This document shows, piece by piece, positions 19,772-29,045 of a stretch of 64,000 nucleotides of DNA. Origin of the DNA: Vicinamibacterales bacterium (GTDB taxonomy: Bacteria; Acidobacteriota; Vicinamibacteria; Vicinamibacterales; Vicinamibacteraceae); NCBI GenBank assembly GCA_963840865.1, contig CAWJAP010000024.1, positions 40,862 to 104,861 on the forward strand, in the 5' to 3' direction. The notes under the pieces are model-generated. The model worked only from the letters and a program-made list of their open reading frames with translations, ran no database searches and had not been told where the DNA came from. Positions within the stretch are counted from its first letter, which is position 1; the number at the start of each line of letters is the position of its first letter. A program made the position numbers and the translations under genes.

Positions 19772-20148
19772 ACGTCCTCCTGGACACATGCGCCGTGCTG
19801 GCACTGGCCGGAGGTGGACTGCCGGATCGGGCCGCGCAAGCCTTGCGGAAGGCCCCCGAGGCGCATGTGTCAGTCGTCAGCGCGTGGGAGGTGGCGATTA
19901 AGGTTGCAGGCGGCAAGCTTCGCCTCATGGAGACGCCGATCCTGTGGTTCCTTGCGCTGCTCGAACGCTACGACCTTCGGGAGGTCCCCCTGGACTCGGG
20001 GATTGCGTGTGCGGCGGCGGCACTACCTCCCGTTCACCGGGATCCGTTCGACCGCGTCATTGTCGCGCTCGCGCAGGCACAACACTTCACGGTGTTGACG
20101 TCAGACGAGAACATCCGGAAATACTCTGGCGTGAGAACGCTTTGGTGA
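19768..20148 (+). CDS. vapC: PIN-domain ribonuclease toxin VapC
   Basis: MNVLLDTCAVLAL (first Asp), SAWEVAIK (Glu), HRDPFDRVIVA (Asp), VLTSDENI. About 126 aa. Confidence 0.85.
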   Translation: MNVLLDTCAVLALAGGGLPDRAAQALRKAPEAHVSVVSAWEVAIKVAGGKLRLMETPILWFLALLERYDLREVPLDSGIACAAAALPPVHRDPFDRVIVALAQAQHFTVLTSDENIRKYSGVRTLW

Positions 20149-20433
20149 ACGCCCGGACGAATCTCGCTCGCCCGAGCGTTCCGTCACCCGGGTGTGGGAC
20201 AGGCCTTCAGGCCTGTCGCGCCGGCGGGAGACCGGGCTTCACCTGGATGATTCATGAATTCAGACGTCTCGAATGACCTGATAGGAAAACGGTCCGCGGA
20301 TAGAACGGGACTCCGAGCTCCCACGGACGCTGGCTTGGCCCGGTCGCAATGGAATTCAGGAATAATCCGGGTTCAGCCCTGTGCCACCTGACGGGCCGTG
20401 TCAACCGAAGTGACTTCCGGCGAAGGCGGGAGC

Positions 20434-21641
20434 ATGCGCACATTCAATCGACGACAGTGGATGGCCGGGCTCGGCGCGGCAGTTGCGGCCGGCGGGGCAC
20501 GGCGCGCGAATGGCGAGACGAGAGAAGCGGCCGCGGCCGCAGCGGCTCAAACGCCCGCGAAGGCGCCGCCGCTGCTGCTCACCGACTTCCAGCCGCGCAG
20601 CATGCTGCACGTGACCGAGACCAAGGTCGAGAAGGCGCGTTTTCCGGTGGTCGACGTCCACACGCACCTGACGTTCTCGCGCGGCGGCACGCCGACGCGG
20701 TACTCGCCACGCCGGACGAACTGCTCGCGGTCATGGACCCCTGCGGCTTGCGCACGATGGTCAATCTCACCGGCGGCACCGGCGACTCCCTGGCCGAGAC
20801 CATCAAGCGCTACGATCGCGCACATCCGGGCCGCTTCGTTACCTTCACCGAGCCGTCGTGGGGGCGTGCGTCCGAGCCGGGCTACGCCGCCTGGCAGGCC
20901 GAAGAGCTCGCGCGTGCGAAGAAGGCCGGCGCGCGCGGTCTCAAGGTCCTCAAGACGCTCGGCCTCTATCTGCGCGACGGTGGTCCGTCCGGCAAGCTCG
21001 TCGCCATCGACGATCCGCGGTTCGATCCAATGTGGGACGCGTGCGGCAAGCTCGGCCTGCCGGTAGCCATCCACATTTCCGATCCGGAAGCCTTCTTCCT
21101 GCCGACGGATCGCTTCAACGAGCGCTACGAGGAGCTGGCCAACCATCCCGATTGGGCGTTCAATACGCCCGGTTTCCCGAGCCATCTCGAGCTCATCGCG
21201 GCATGCGACCGCGTGTTCCAGCGTCATCCGAAGACGACGTTCGTGGCACTGCACGTGGGCCACAACGCCGAGAACCTGGCGCTGGTCGCCGGGCGGCTCG
21301 ACCAGTCGCCGAACATGTTCGTCGAGCTCGGCGCGCGCATCGGCGAGCTGGGGCGCCAGCCGCGAACGGCGCGACGCTTCTTCGAGAAGTATCAGGACCG
21401 GATTCTGTTCGGGACCGACGCCGTGCCGCGCGGCACCGAGACGCCACAGCAGATCTTCGGCGACGAGCTGTACCGCATCTACTACCGGTTTCTCGAGACG
21501 GAGGACGAGTACTTCGACTATGCGCCCGCGCCGGTACCGCCGCAGGGCCGCTGGCGAATCTACGGGCTTGGACTTCCCGAGGCGATCCTGCGCAAGGTCT
21601 ATCACGCCAACGCGGATCGCGTGCTCGGGCTCTCCGCATGA
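20434..21641 (+). CDS. Tat-exported metal-dependent amidohydrolase (Amidohydro_2-like TIM barrel), 1 apparent frameshift near 20688
   Basis: MRTFNRRQWMAGLGAAVAAGGA twin-arginine signal. FPVVDVHTHL in ORF 20398..21066, continued by ATPDELLAVMDPCGLRTMVNL...LPVAIHISDP...FVALHVGH...ILFGTDA in ORF 20349..21641. Confidence 0.75.
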
Positions 21642-22267
21642 CGAGCTCGACGTCGCCGCATCCCGATCCACGGGAGGGCTGCGCCGCCGCGTGGACGAAT
21701 GCGTCCCGGTCGACGCTGCTCGCCGGCGACGAGGCCGGGTGGAGCCTGGCGTCAGCGATCTCGTGGGGACCCGAGCGCTATCGGACGACATTCCGCGCGT
21801 TGTGGAACGATCGGGCGCTGTATACGCGGTTCGACGCGACCGATCCCGACCCCTGGCACACGATGACGAGCCACGACGACCACCTCTGGGAGGAGGAGGT
21901 CGTGGAGGTGTTCCTCGATCCTGGCGGGCGAGGCGTCGACTATTTCGAGCTCGAGATCAGTCCCGCCAACGTCACGTGTGACGTGCGGGTGCGCGCGCCG
22001 TACCCGAACCTGGTGTCCGATCTCACATGGAATCACGAGCGTCTGGCGACCGCCGTACGGCCGATGCCTGGCGCGGCCGGTGCACTCGTCGGCTGGACCG
22101 CGATCGCGGAGCTGCCGTGGGAGGGCTTCCGGAGCCTGCCGGTTCCGGATGCGGTCGCGCTTCCACCGAAGCGTGGCGATCGCTGGCCGTTCAACGTGTT
22201 CCGCATCAAGCGTCCAGGCGGGCGCGAGCATCCCGACGATGGCGTGTTGCTTTGGGGTCGGGTGTGA
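21638..22267 (+). CDS. carbohydrate-binding family 9-like (DOMON-like) protein
   Basis: ATGA overlap with the amidohydrolase stop. LWEEEVVEVFLDPGGRGVDYFELEISPAN and RWPFNVFRIKRP resemble CBM9-like proteins. Confidence 0.5.
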   Translation: MTSSTSPHPDPREGCAAAWTNASRSTLLAGDEAGWSLASAISWGPERYRTTFRALWNDRALYTRFDATDPDPWHTMTSHDDHLWEEEVVEVFLDPGGRGVDYFELEISPANVTCDVRVRAPYPNLVSDLTWNHERLATAVRPMPGAAGALVGWTAIAELPWEGFRSLPVPDAVALPPKRGDRWPFNVFRIKRPGGREHPDDGVLLWGRV

Positions 22268-22322
22268 TATCCGTCTAAATGTTTTCGATGCGGTGAACAT
22301 TTAGACGGATATCACACCCGAC
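22257..22322. repeat. perfect 27-bp inverted repeat with a 12-nt loop between convergent genes (candidate bidirectional terminator or protein-binding palindrome)
   Basis: GTCGGGTGTGATATCCGTCTAAATGTT (22257-22283) and its exact reverse complement (22296-22322). Overlaps the stop codon of the + gene and ends 2 nt before the stop of mmsA. The inner half is AT-rich. Confidence 0.9.
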
Positions 22323-22324
22323 CC

Positions 22325-23827
22325 CTACCAACGGCTGATCGTCACCTTCTTGTCGGTGTAGAACTCGAAGGCGTCGCGACCGTGGACCTTGAGATCGCCG
22401 AAGAAGCTGTCGCGCGCGCCACCGAACGGAAAGTACGCCATCGGCGCGGCCACACCGACGTTGATGCCCACCATCGACGACGTGGCGCGGTGGCTGAACG
22501 CGCGCGCGATCTTGCCGCTGGTCGTGAAGATCGACGCGGCGTTGGCGTTCGGATGCGCCTCCATCACGCGGCAGGCTTCGTCGAGATCGGCGACGGCGCA
22601 GACCGACGCCACCGGCCCGAAGATCTCCTCGCGCGCAATCGACATCGCCGGCGCCACATCGTCGAACACCGTCGGTCCCACGAAGAAGCCTTCCTCGTGG
22701 CCGCTGACCACGATGTCGCGGCCGTCGACGAGGAGGCTCGCGCCGTCCTGGACGCCGCGATCGATGTAGCCGACGACGCGCTCGCGATGGCTGGCGCTGA
22801 TGACGGGACCCATCGCCACGCCCGGTTCGATCCCATCGCCGACCGTGAGGGCGCGCGCCGCTTCGATCAGCCGATCGCGCGCTCGCGCGTGCGCCTCGCC
22901 GACCGGCAGCAGCACGCTGCCGGCGAGACACCGCTCGCCCGCGCAGCCGTAGAACGACTCGGCAATCGCGGTGATGTGGCGATCGAGGTCGGCGTCGGGC
23001 ATGACGACGACGAAGTTCTTGGCGCCGCCGAGCGCCTGCACCCGCTTGCCGTGCTCGGCCGCGCGCCGGTAGACCTGCCGAGCCACCGGCGTCGACCCGA
23101 CGAACGACAGTGCCGCGATGCCCGGGTGGTCGCACAGCGACTCGACGACCTCGCGCCCACCGTTCACGAGGTTGACGACGCCCGGCGGAAGGTCGCACTG
23201 CTCGAGCAGCTCGAAGATGCGCTTCTGTGAAAGCGGCACCTGCTCGGACGGCTTCAGGACGAACGTGTTGCCGCAGGCGACGGCAAACGGCAGGAACCAG
23301 AGCGGCACCATGGCCGGAAAGTTGAACGGGCCGATCGCGGCGCACACGCCGACGGGCTGACGCACGACCTGACAGTCGATGGCCGGCGCGATGTTCTCGA
23401 GCCCGAGGCCCATGAGCAGCGAGGGCGCGCCGCAGGCGACCTCCACGCACTCGATGCCGCGCCGCACGCTGCCGCGGGCTTCGTCGAGCGTCTTCCCGTG
23501 CTCGGTCGTCACGATCCGCGCGAGCTCCTCGGCGTGGGCCTCGAGCAGCGACTTGAACCGGAACAACGCCCGCGCGCGCACGACCGGCGGCGTTTCGCGC
23601 CAGTCGCGCAGTCCCTGGCGAGCGGCCGTCACTGCCGCGTCGACGTCCTGGAAGGTCGAGAGCGGCGTGCGGGCGATGACCGTGCCTCGTGCGGGGTTGT
23701 GGACGGGAACCCATTCCCGGCCGGTCGACTCGACCCAGCGTCCGCCGATGTAGTTCGGGAGCAGCTCCAGCTCCGCGTGCGGGACGAGGGGCGATGGCCG
23801 CGCTGGGGCAGATGCCGGGTCCGACAT
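22325..23827 (-). CDS. mmsA: CoA-acylating methylmalonate-semialdehyde dehydrogenase
   Basis: Intact 500-aa ORF. FNFPAMVPLWFLPFAVACGNTFVLKPSEQ. Catalytic Cys region FYGCAGERCLAGS. FFGDLKVHGRDAFEFYT near the C-terminus. Confidence 0.9.
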   Translation of the reverse strand: MSDPASAPARPSPLVPHAELELLPNYIGGRWVESTGREWVPVHNPARGTVIARTPLSTFQDVDAAVTAARQGLRDWRETPPVVRARALFRFKSLLEAHAEELARIVTTEHGKTLDEARGSVRRGIECVEVACGAPSLLMGLGLENIAPAIDCQVVRQPVGVCAAIGPFNFPAMVPLWFLPFAVACGNTFVLKPSEQVPLSQKRIFELLEQCDLPPGVVNLVNGGREVVESLCDHPGIAALSFVGSTPVARQVYRRAAEHGKRVQALGGAKNFVVVMPDADLDRHITAIAESFYGCAGERCLAGSVLLPVGEAHARARDRLIEAARALTVGDGIEPGVAMGPVISASHRERVVGYIDRGVQDGASLLVDGRDIVVSGHEEGFFVGPTVFDDVAPAMSIAREEIFGPVASVCAVADLDEACRVMEAHPNANAASIFTTSGKIARAFSHRATSSMVGINVGVAAPMAYFPFGGARDSFFGDLKVHGRDAFEFYTDKKVTISRW

Positions 23828-24148
23828 GGGTCGACGAATCAGCGCGGGCTCCAGGCCATCCCGTCGCCCGGAGTCGGTCGCGGCCAGCGTGAAACCAGAA
23901 ACATCGGGCGCCGCATTATACGGCCGGCTTCAGCCCCGGGCCGCGTGGCTCCCCAGCTCCAGAAAACGGCGTCCCGCCTCCACGCCCGGAGGCGCGTGAG
24001 TCGCCGCACGCGTCGCATTTCTCGGCGTCGCCGCGCGGCACGACCATTGCGCTGTTCTCGAGCAGCGGATTCTTCGTTGGAATAGATGAGGACCGCCGAT
24101 TCACGCGCGGTGCGTGAGTTGCCGATTGCAGGTAGAGAGTCGAGCGTC

Positions 24149-24706
24149 ATGCGTCATCCCTTGCTGGCCGTTTACCTGGTTGCCGTGGCACTCCTGCCAC
24201 GGTCGGTGACCGCTCACGAGCGGGCTTCGCGGTCCGCCGCGGACTCACCTGCTCGCGCGGAGGCTCCCGTCCGGGCACCGGCGGCCGTACTGTCCAACGT
24301 GCAACAGTCGCTGGGCGTGATGGCCGGCGCGCTCGAATCCTCGCCCGAATCGATTCGGAATCTCGAGAAAGCGCTGTCGGCGGCGCGTGGCCGCCCGATC
24401 GCGCCCGGGGTGCTGCGCACCCTCGCGGTCGACCTGTCGCTGGCGCTCGTAAGCGTCGACCTTTATGAGGAAGCTGCCGAGCGACTGGCGCAGAACCTTT
24501 ACTCGGCCGTCAACAGCCGGACTCTGACCAGCCGCGAAGTGGGACTGCTGGTCGCCGATACCGTGACGCTGCTCGCAGACGCGGGGGCCGAGCCGCCGGC
24601 GATCGAACGCGTGACGCGCGCACTGGTGGTGGTGTGCCCCGTGCCCCCGGACACGATGCCTTCCATTCGAGACCGCGCCGGTCCTACCGTGTTGACCCGG
24701 GGTTAA
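24149..24706 (+). CDS. hypothetical exported protein
   Basis: ATG 24149. Signal-like MRHPLLAVYLVAVALLPRSVTA. No recognisable domain. Confidence 0.4.
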   Translation: MRHPLLAVYLVAVALLPRSVTAHERASRSAADSPARAEAPVRAPAAVLSNVQQSLGVMAGALESSPESIRNLEKALSAARGRPIAPGVLRTLAVDLSLALVSVDLYEEAAERLAQNLYSAVNSRTLTSREVGLLVADTVTLLADAGAEPPAIERVTRALVVVCPVPPDTMPSIRDRAGPTVLTRG

Positions 24707-24737
24707 TCCGCGCCGGTGGGCACGGCACGCCGTGCGC

Positions 24738-25295
24738 TCACAGGTCTAACGGGTTTTCCACAAGAAACCGCTCCGGTCCCGTCACGTGCTCCTCGACGTG
24801 CGCTCGCCGCCTCGCCCACAGCAGGTCGAGCCCGGCGAGCCGTCCGGTGCGAAAGATCAGGACCACCAGCATGGCGCCCCACTCAATCAACGTCTTGTTG
24901 ACGATGAGGTAGGTGCCTTCCGCGCCCGGACGCGGCACGCCGTCGAGCGGGATGGCCGCTGCGTAGAAGAGCGTCAGCAGAATGAGCGCACCCCACGCTC
25001 CCACCTGCGTGAGGAGTCCAAGCGTCAGCGACAGGCCGATGAGGGCGAGCGCGATTGGCACCGCCACGTCGATCCAGCCCGACGCGCTCGACGCTGCCAG
25101 CGCGTGGAACCCCGGAGCCAGCGGCCCCGTCGCCGCCTTGAGATAGCCCGTCGCACTCCAGGGCGCCAGCGGCGAGCCCGCGCTCGACCATCCGGGAAGC
25201 GCCAGCTTGTAGTAGCCCTCGTACAGGAAGTGCCACCCGATCAGCGTGCGCAGCAGGACCAGGATCGTCGATTGGACTCGTGTGAGTGGGGGCAT
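24738..25295 (-). CDS. DoxX-family membrane protein
   Basis: Intact 185-aa [21 protein letters not shown] and four hydrophobic segments. Confidence 0.8.
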   Translation of the reverse strand: MPPLTRVQSTILVLLRTLIGWHFLYEGYYKLALPGWSSAGSPLAPWSATGYLKAATGPLAPGFHALAASSASGWIDVAVPIALALIGLSLTLGLLTQVGAWGALILLTLFYAAAIPLDGVPRPGAEGTYLIVNKTLIEWGAMLVVLIFRTGRLAGLDLLWARRRAHVEEHVTGPERFLVENPLDL

Positions 25296-25343
25296 GGGAG
25301 ACGGCAGCAGGGCGGGGCTTCATCCTTCGACGAGCTCAGGATG

Positions 25344-26639
25344 CTATGTCACCGAGTAGTTGACCGCCAGCCGGGTCTTCTGTTCGACGGCTTCGTCGGC
25401 CTTGAGGCACGCCGCCGCCGAGCGGAGCGCCTTGTCAGGGCCGCACGCGAGCGGCGAGCCCACGCGGACCGCCGCGCAGAAGCGCGAGACCTGATTCCGG
25501 TAGGCTGCGAGGCGATCCACGTTCTGACCCGCGCTTGCGGTGGCGGAACGTCCCGCCGCGTCCGCCGTCCGGCTCTCCGAGGCTTCGAGGGCGGGACCGC
25601 CCGTGCGGGCTGCGACCTCGATGCCCGTTGCCTGTCCGCCGCCGTTCTCGTCGAACAGGTACGCCTCCGACTCGCCGCGCAGGATGAGCGTGCCCTTCGT
25701 GCCGAAGAACGCTTCGTAGTTGTGGTCGAACGCGTTGGACTCGATGGTGGAGAAGACCGCCGTCCGGCCGCCCGGATACTCGAACGTCGCGTAGAGGTAA
25801 TCGAACACCTCGCGGCCGTCCTTGAACCGGTCGATCCCGCCGGTGCCGAGCACGGCGTCGGGCGTCGAGTCGAAGAACCAGTTCGAGACGTTCACCTGGT
25901 GGCTGCCGAGCTCGGCGAGCAGGCCCCTCGAGTAGCGCTTGTAAAGCCGCCAATTGAGCAGGTGTTCCCACGTGGGGTAGCCCCACTTGGAGGGATCGTA
26001 GTCGGCCGAAGGCGGGTCACCCTTGCGGCGCCAGTTGCCGTTGCGGTGCCAGGCCAGGCGTGCGTGGAAGACGTCGCCGAGGCCGCCGGCCTTGACGATG
26101 CCGTCGTAGGCGGCCTGGTAGACGGCGTTGTAGCAGCGCTGATAGCCAATCTCGAGCAGGCGGCCGGTTCGCGCGGCCGCCTCGCGCATCCGCACGCAGC
26201 CCGCGAGATCCCACGCCATCATCTTCTCGCACAGCACGTGCTTGCCGGCTTCGAGGCAGCCGGACGTGATCTCAGCGTGCGTCCAGAGCGGCGTGGCGAT
26301 GATGATGGCTTCGAGGTCGTCGCGCGCGGCCAGTTCCTTCCACTCGGTGATGTGCGGCGCCGGCGGCCGCTTGGTCTTCGACAGGACCTCGTCGGCTTTG
26401 GCGAGCTGGGCAGGATTGATGTCGCAGAGTGCGACGACCTCGGCGTAGGCCGGGTCGGTCTGCGCGAGCAGGACGCGGCCTTCTCCGCCGACGCCGATGA
26501 AACCCACTCGGACCGGGCCGCCGCGCACGGGACCGTTCAGAGCGGCGGCGGTCCCGAGCCCCGCGATGGCCGGCACGCCGGCGACGACTTTCAGGAAGTT
26601 GCGCCGGCCGACGGTTTGCTGTTCGGGTGTCAAATGCAC
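25344..26639 (-). CDS. Tat-exported Gfo/Idh/MocA-family oxidoreductase
   Basis: Intact 431-aa ORF (GTG start). Twin-arginine GRRNFLKVVAG. Rossmann VRVGFIGVGGEG. EKMMA-type motif HVLCEKMMA. Confidence 0.85.
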   Translation of the reverse strand: MHLTPEQQTVGRRNFLKVVAGVPAIAGLGTAAALNGPVRGGPVRVGFIGVGGEGRVLLAQTDPAYAEVVALCDINPAQLAKADEVLSKTKRPPAPHITEWKELAARDDLEAIIIATPLWTHAEITSGCLEAGKHVLCEKMMAWDLAGCVRMREAAARTGRLLEIGYQRCYNAVYQAAYDGIVKAGGLGDVFHARLAWHRNGNWRRKGDPPSADYDPSKWGYPTWEHLLNWRLYKRYSRGLLAELGSHQVNVSNWFFDSTPDAVLGTGGIDRFKDGREVFDYLYATFEYPGGRTAVFSTIESNAFDHNYEAFFGTKGTLILRGESEAYLFDENGGGQATGIEVAARTGGPALEASESRTADAAGRSATASAGQNVDRLAAYRNQVSRFCAAVRVGSPLACGPDKALRSAAACLKADEAVEQKTRLAVNYSVT

Positions 26640-27698
26640 CTAGTCCTCCACGATCGCGCCGCCGTATCTGCCGAAGACGAGGGGATGGCTGGTGCCGTCT
26701 TCGGGGGTCAGGATGGCCAGGACGTCGGAATGTGCCTCGCAGTAGCGCCTGGCGAGCTTCGCTCCGCCGATGAGAAACGCCGTGGCGAGCGCGTCGGCCG
26801 TGGCCGCTTCAGCCGCCACCACGCTGGCACTGAGCACGCCGTTCGCGGACCAGCCCGTGCGAGGGTCGAGCACGTGACCGTAGCGGACGCCGTCGACTTC
26901 GACGAACTGCTCGCCCGCGCCGCTCGTGCCGAGCGCGCCGTTCCGGAGGCGCAGCCGCGCGAGCCGCTGGGCGGCGCGGCGTGACGTCGAATCGACGAGC
27001 CAACCCTGGCCGCGGCCGCCAATCGCCGCCACGCTGCTCGTAGCGGCCGACACCAGGGCGTGCCGCACGCCACTCGCACGCAGCCGATTGGCAATGCAGT
27101 CGACGGCGTAACCCTTGCCAATCGCGTTCAGGTTGAGCTCGATGCCCGCGCGCGTGAAACGGACGGTTCGCTCTGCCGCGTCGAGCGTCACGTGCAGCAT
27201 GCCGGTCCGCGATCGCGCCGCATCGACCTCCGCCGGGGAGGGCAGTCGGCCCTGGCGCACGAAGAATCCCCAGCACCGCGACAGTGGCGTCGTCGTGATG
27301 TCGAAGGCGCCTTCGGTGGCCGCATGGAGCGTCGCGCACCGTGAGAGGAGCTCGAACAGCTCGGCGTCGACGACGACGGGCTCGTGCGCCGCGCGGCGAT
27401 TGACGTCGATGAGGTCGCTGGTCTCGCGGTAGATCGTCAACGCCGTCTCGAGCCGGGCGGCCTCGTCGAGCGCGTCGCCGGCGGCGGCCAGCAGCCGCGC
27501 ATCCTCACCGTCGAGGACGACTTCGAACCGGCAGGCCATCGCCGGCCGGTGCACACGCACCCAGCATCCCGCGGGCTGTGCGCCGCGTGGCTCTCCTAGT
27601 CCAAGCCAGTCCCGGCGGCTCAGGAGGGAGGGTAACGGAGACACAGGCGACGTTGACGGCAACGTGGCTTCCTGTCCTGATCCTCGCAGAAAGGCCAA
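26640..27698 (-). CDS. apbE: FAD:protein FMN transferase (ApbE family), Tat-like leader
   Basis: Intact 352-aa ORF. SRRDWLGL, AMACRFEVVL, AFDITTTPL, LNLNAIGKGYAVD. Its stop abuts the start of the downstream oxidoreductase with no gap. Confidence 0.85.
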   Translation of the reverse strand: MAFLRGSGQEATLPSTSPVSPLPSLLSRRDWLGLGEPRGAQPAGCWVRVHRPAMACRFEVVLDGEDARLLAAAGDALDEAARLETALTIYRETSDLIDVNRRAAHEPVVVDAELFELLSRCATLHAATEGAFDITTTPLSRCWGFFVRQGRLPSPAEVDAARSRTGMLHVTLDAAERTVRFTRAGIELNLNAIGKGYAVDCIANRLRASGVRHALVSAATSSVAAIGGRGQGWLVDSTSRRAAQRLARLRLRNGALGTSGAGEQFVEVDGVRYGHVLDPRTGWSANGVLSASVVAAEAATADALATAFLIGGAKLARRYCEAHSDVLAILTPEDGTSHPLVFGRYGGAIVED

Positions 27699-27726
27699 TC
27701 ATATATGATCTAGGGACCAGCAAGAA

Positions 27727-27756
27727 GGGTCAGACCCGGCAAATGCGGTCTGACCC
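27727..27756 (-). terminator. hairpin downstream of the small exported-protein gene
   Basis: GGGTCAGACC (27727-27736) / GGTCTGACCC (27747-27756), 10-bp stem, 10-nt loop, 6 nt after the stop of gene 27763..28143. Confidence 0.5.
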
Positions 27757-27762
27757 CCATTC

Positions 27763-28143
27763 CTACGATGTTGCTCGCTTTGCCACGAATTCCTGCGTCT
27801 GGTCGCCGCCCTCGCGCTGGCGTGTGAACTTGATTTCCTGCCCGGCAACCTTGCCCTTGTAGAGCATCTTCACTTCGTTGCCCTGGAAGTTCATGACGAC
27901 CGTGAACGAGAGGTCGTCACCGGAGATCTTGCCGTCCGTGATCGGAACGTCGCCCTGACGGCCCGTCACCGATCCCGTGAGCTTCTCGCCTTCGGCCTTG
28001 AAGGTGAAGGTGGTCTCGCGGGTCTGGCCGTCGCGCCCCGGCACCTGGGCGACCCACTTGCCGGTCACGTCGGCCGCCTGGAGCGCGGCCGCGAGCACGA
28101 CGGCGAGTGCTCCGACCATCAAAGACATCCGCTGCTTCCTCAT
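27763..28143 (-). CDS. small exported protein, paralog A
   Basis: 126 aa, signal MRKQRMSLMVGALAVVLAAALQA, GGAGGG SD. Alternating beta-strand-like pattern. Confidence 0.6.
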   Translation of the reverse strand: MRKQRMSLMVGALAVVLAAALQAADVTGKWVAQVPGRDGQTRETTFTFKAEGEKLTGSVTGRQGDVPITDGKISGDDLSFTVVMNFQGNEVKMLYKGKVAGQEIKFTRQREGGDQTQEFVAKRATS

Positions 28144-28368
28144 CGTCCCTCCTCGAGCGCTGTTGACCGAAAGCGGGGACGTGCCCCGCCGCTGCCGATT
28201 CTGGCATTTTTTGTCGTGGCCGGCGCCAGGTGGTTAAGGGCGCGCTAAAACATTGATCCACTTGTAAAAAGTTTGCTTGGGACAGCTTCGAGTTGTTTCG
28301 CCTTGTTTCTCTCGCCAACTTTCGCCCATCACGTCGTGTTACGTACCCTCACCCGTCTGCGTTCAATC

Positions 28369-28596
28369 ATGCGCCTCACTGACGATGGGACAAAGGCTGA
28401 GGTCGTCATCGATGTCACTAGCCGGCAGGCGAGGGATGACTGGCGCTTTGTGAAGGCCAACATCAAGGTGGGTGAGCGAGTCTTCGCCCTGGAGGGGACG
28501 AACGACGACGGAGACTGGAGCGATGCGGCCACCGACGCGGCCAAGCGGTTCGCGTCCTGGATTCGCGACAACCGCGAGCACATCCGCGGGAACTGA
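28369..28596 (+). CDS. small hypothetical protein between the two paralogs
   Basis: ATG 28369 (MRLTDDGTKAEVVIDVTSRQ...). G/C-ending codons dominate only from this ATG onward. No SD seen. Confidence 0.35.
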   Translation: MRLTDDGTKAEVVIDVTSRQARDDWRFVKANIKVGERVFALEGTNDDGDWSDAATDAAKRFASWIRDNREHIRGN

Positions 28597-28670
28597 ACGC
28601 AGCCCTCGCCGTCGGTCCGGAGAGCCCAGCACCACCACCGCCACGGGGTGCCGGCGTCTGACCCCTATCC

Positions 28671-29045
28671 CTACGATGTCGCTCGCTTCGCCACGAATTC
28701 CTGCGTCTGGTCGCGGCCCTCACGCTGCCGCGTGAACTTGATCTCGTCGCCCGCCACCTTGCCCTTGTAGAGCAACTTCACTTCGTTGTTCTGGACGACG
28801 ATGGTGAATGCGAGGTCGTCGCCCGAGATCTTGCCATCGGTGATCGGCACATCGCCCCGGGGGCCGCTGACCGATCCGGTGAGCTTCTCGCCATCGACCT
28901 TGAACGTGAACGTCTGTTCCTGCGTCTGGCCGTCGCGCCCGGGGACCTGCGCGACCCACTTGCCGGTCACGTCGGCCGCCTGGAGCGCGGCCACGATTAC
29001 CACCGCCAGCGCGCCGACCAACAATGAAATCCGCTGCTTCGTCAT
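28671..29045 (-). CDS. small exported protein, paralog B
   Basis: 124 aa from ATG 29045 with GGGAGGA SD. Collinear with paralog A at most positions. Confidence 0.6.
   Translation of the reverse strand: MTKQRISLLVGALAVVIVAALQAADVTGKWVAQVPGRDGQTQEQTFTFKVDGEKLTGSVSGPRGDVPITDGKISGDDLAFTIVVQNNEVKLLYKGKVAGDEIKFTRQREGRDQTQEFVAKRATS

Noticed and set aside
20150-20433. Riboswitch or other leader RNA upstream of the amidohydrolase operon (AT-richer stretch with GAATTCAG repeated about 90 nt apart and the palindrome TTCATGAA)
   Set aside because: I could not match it to any riboswitch consensus I know, and the repeats are short enough to be chance. It is kept only as a possible regulator-binding region.
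25344-26639. The Gfo/Idh/MocA oxidoreductase as the covalent flavinylation target of the adjacent ApbE
   Set aside because: I found no S-G-A-T-like FMN acceptor motif in its sequence by eye, so the substrate relationship is not supported by the sequence alone.
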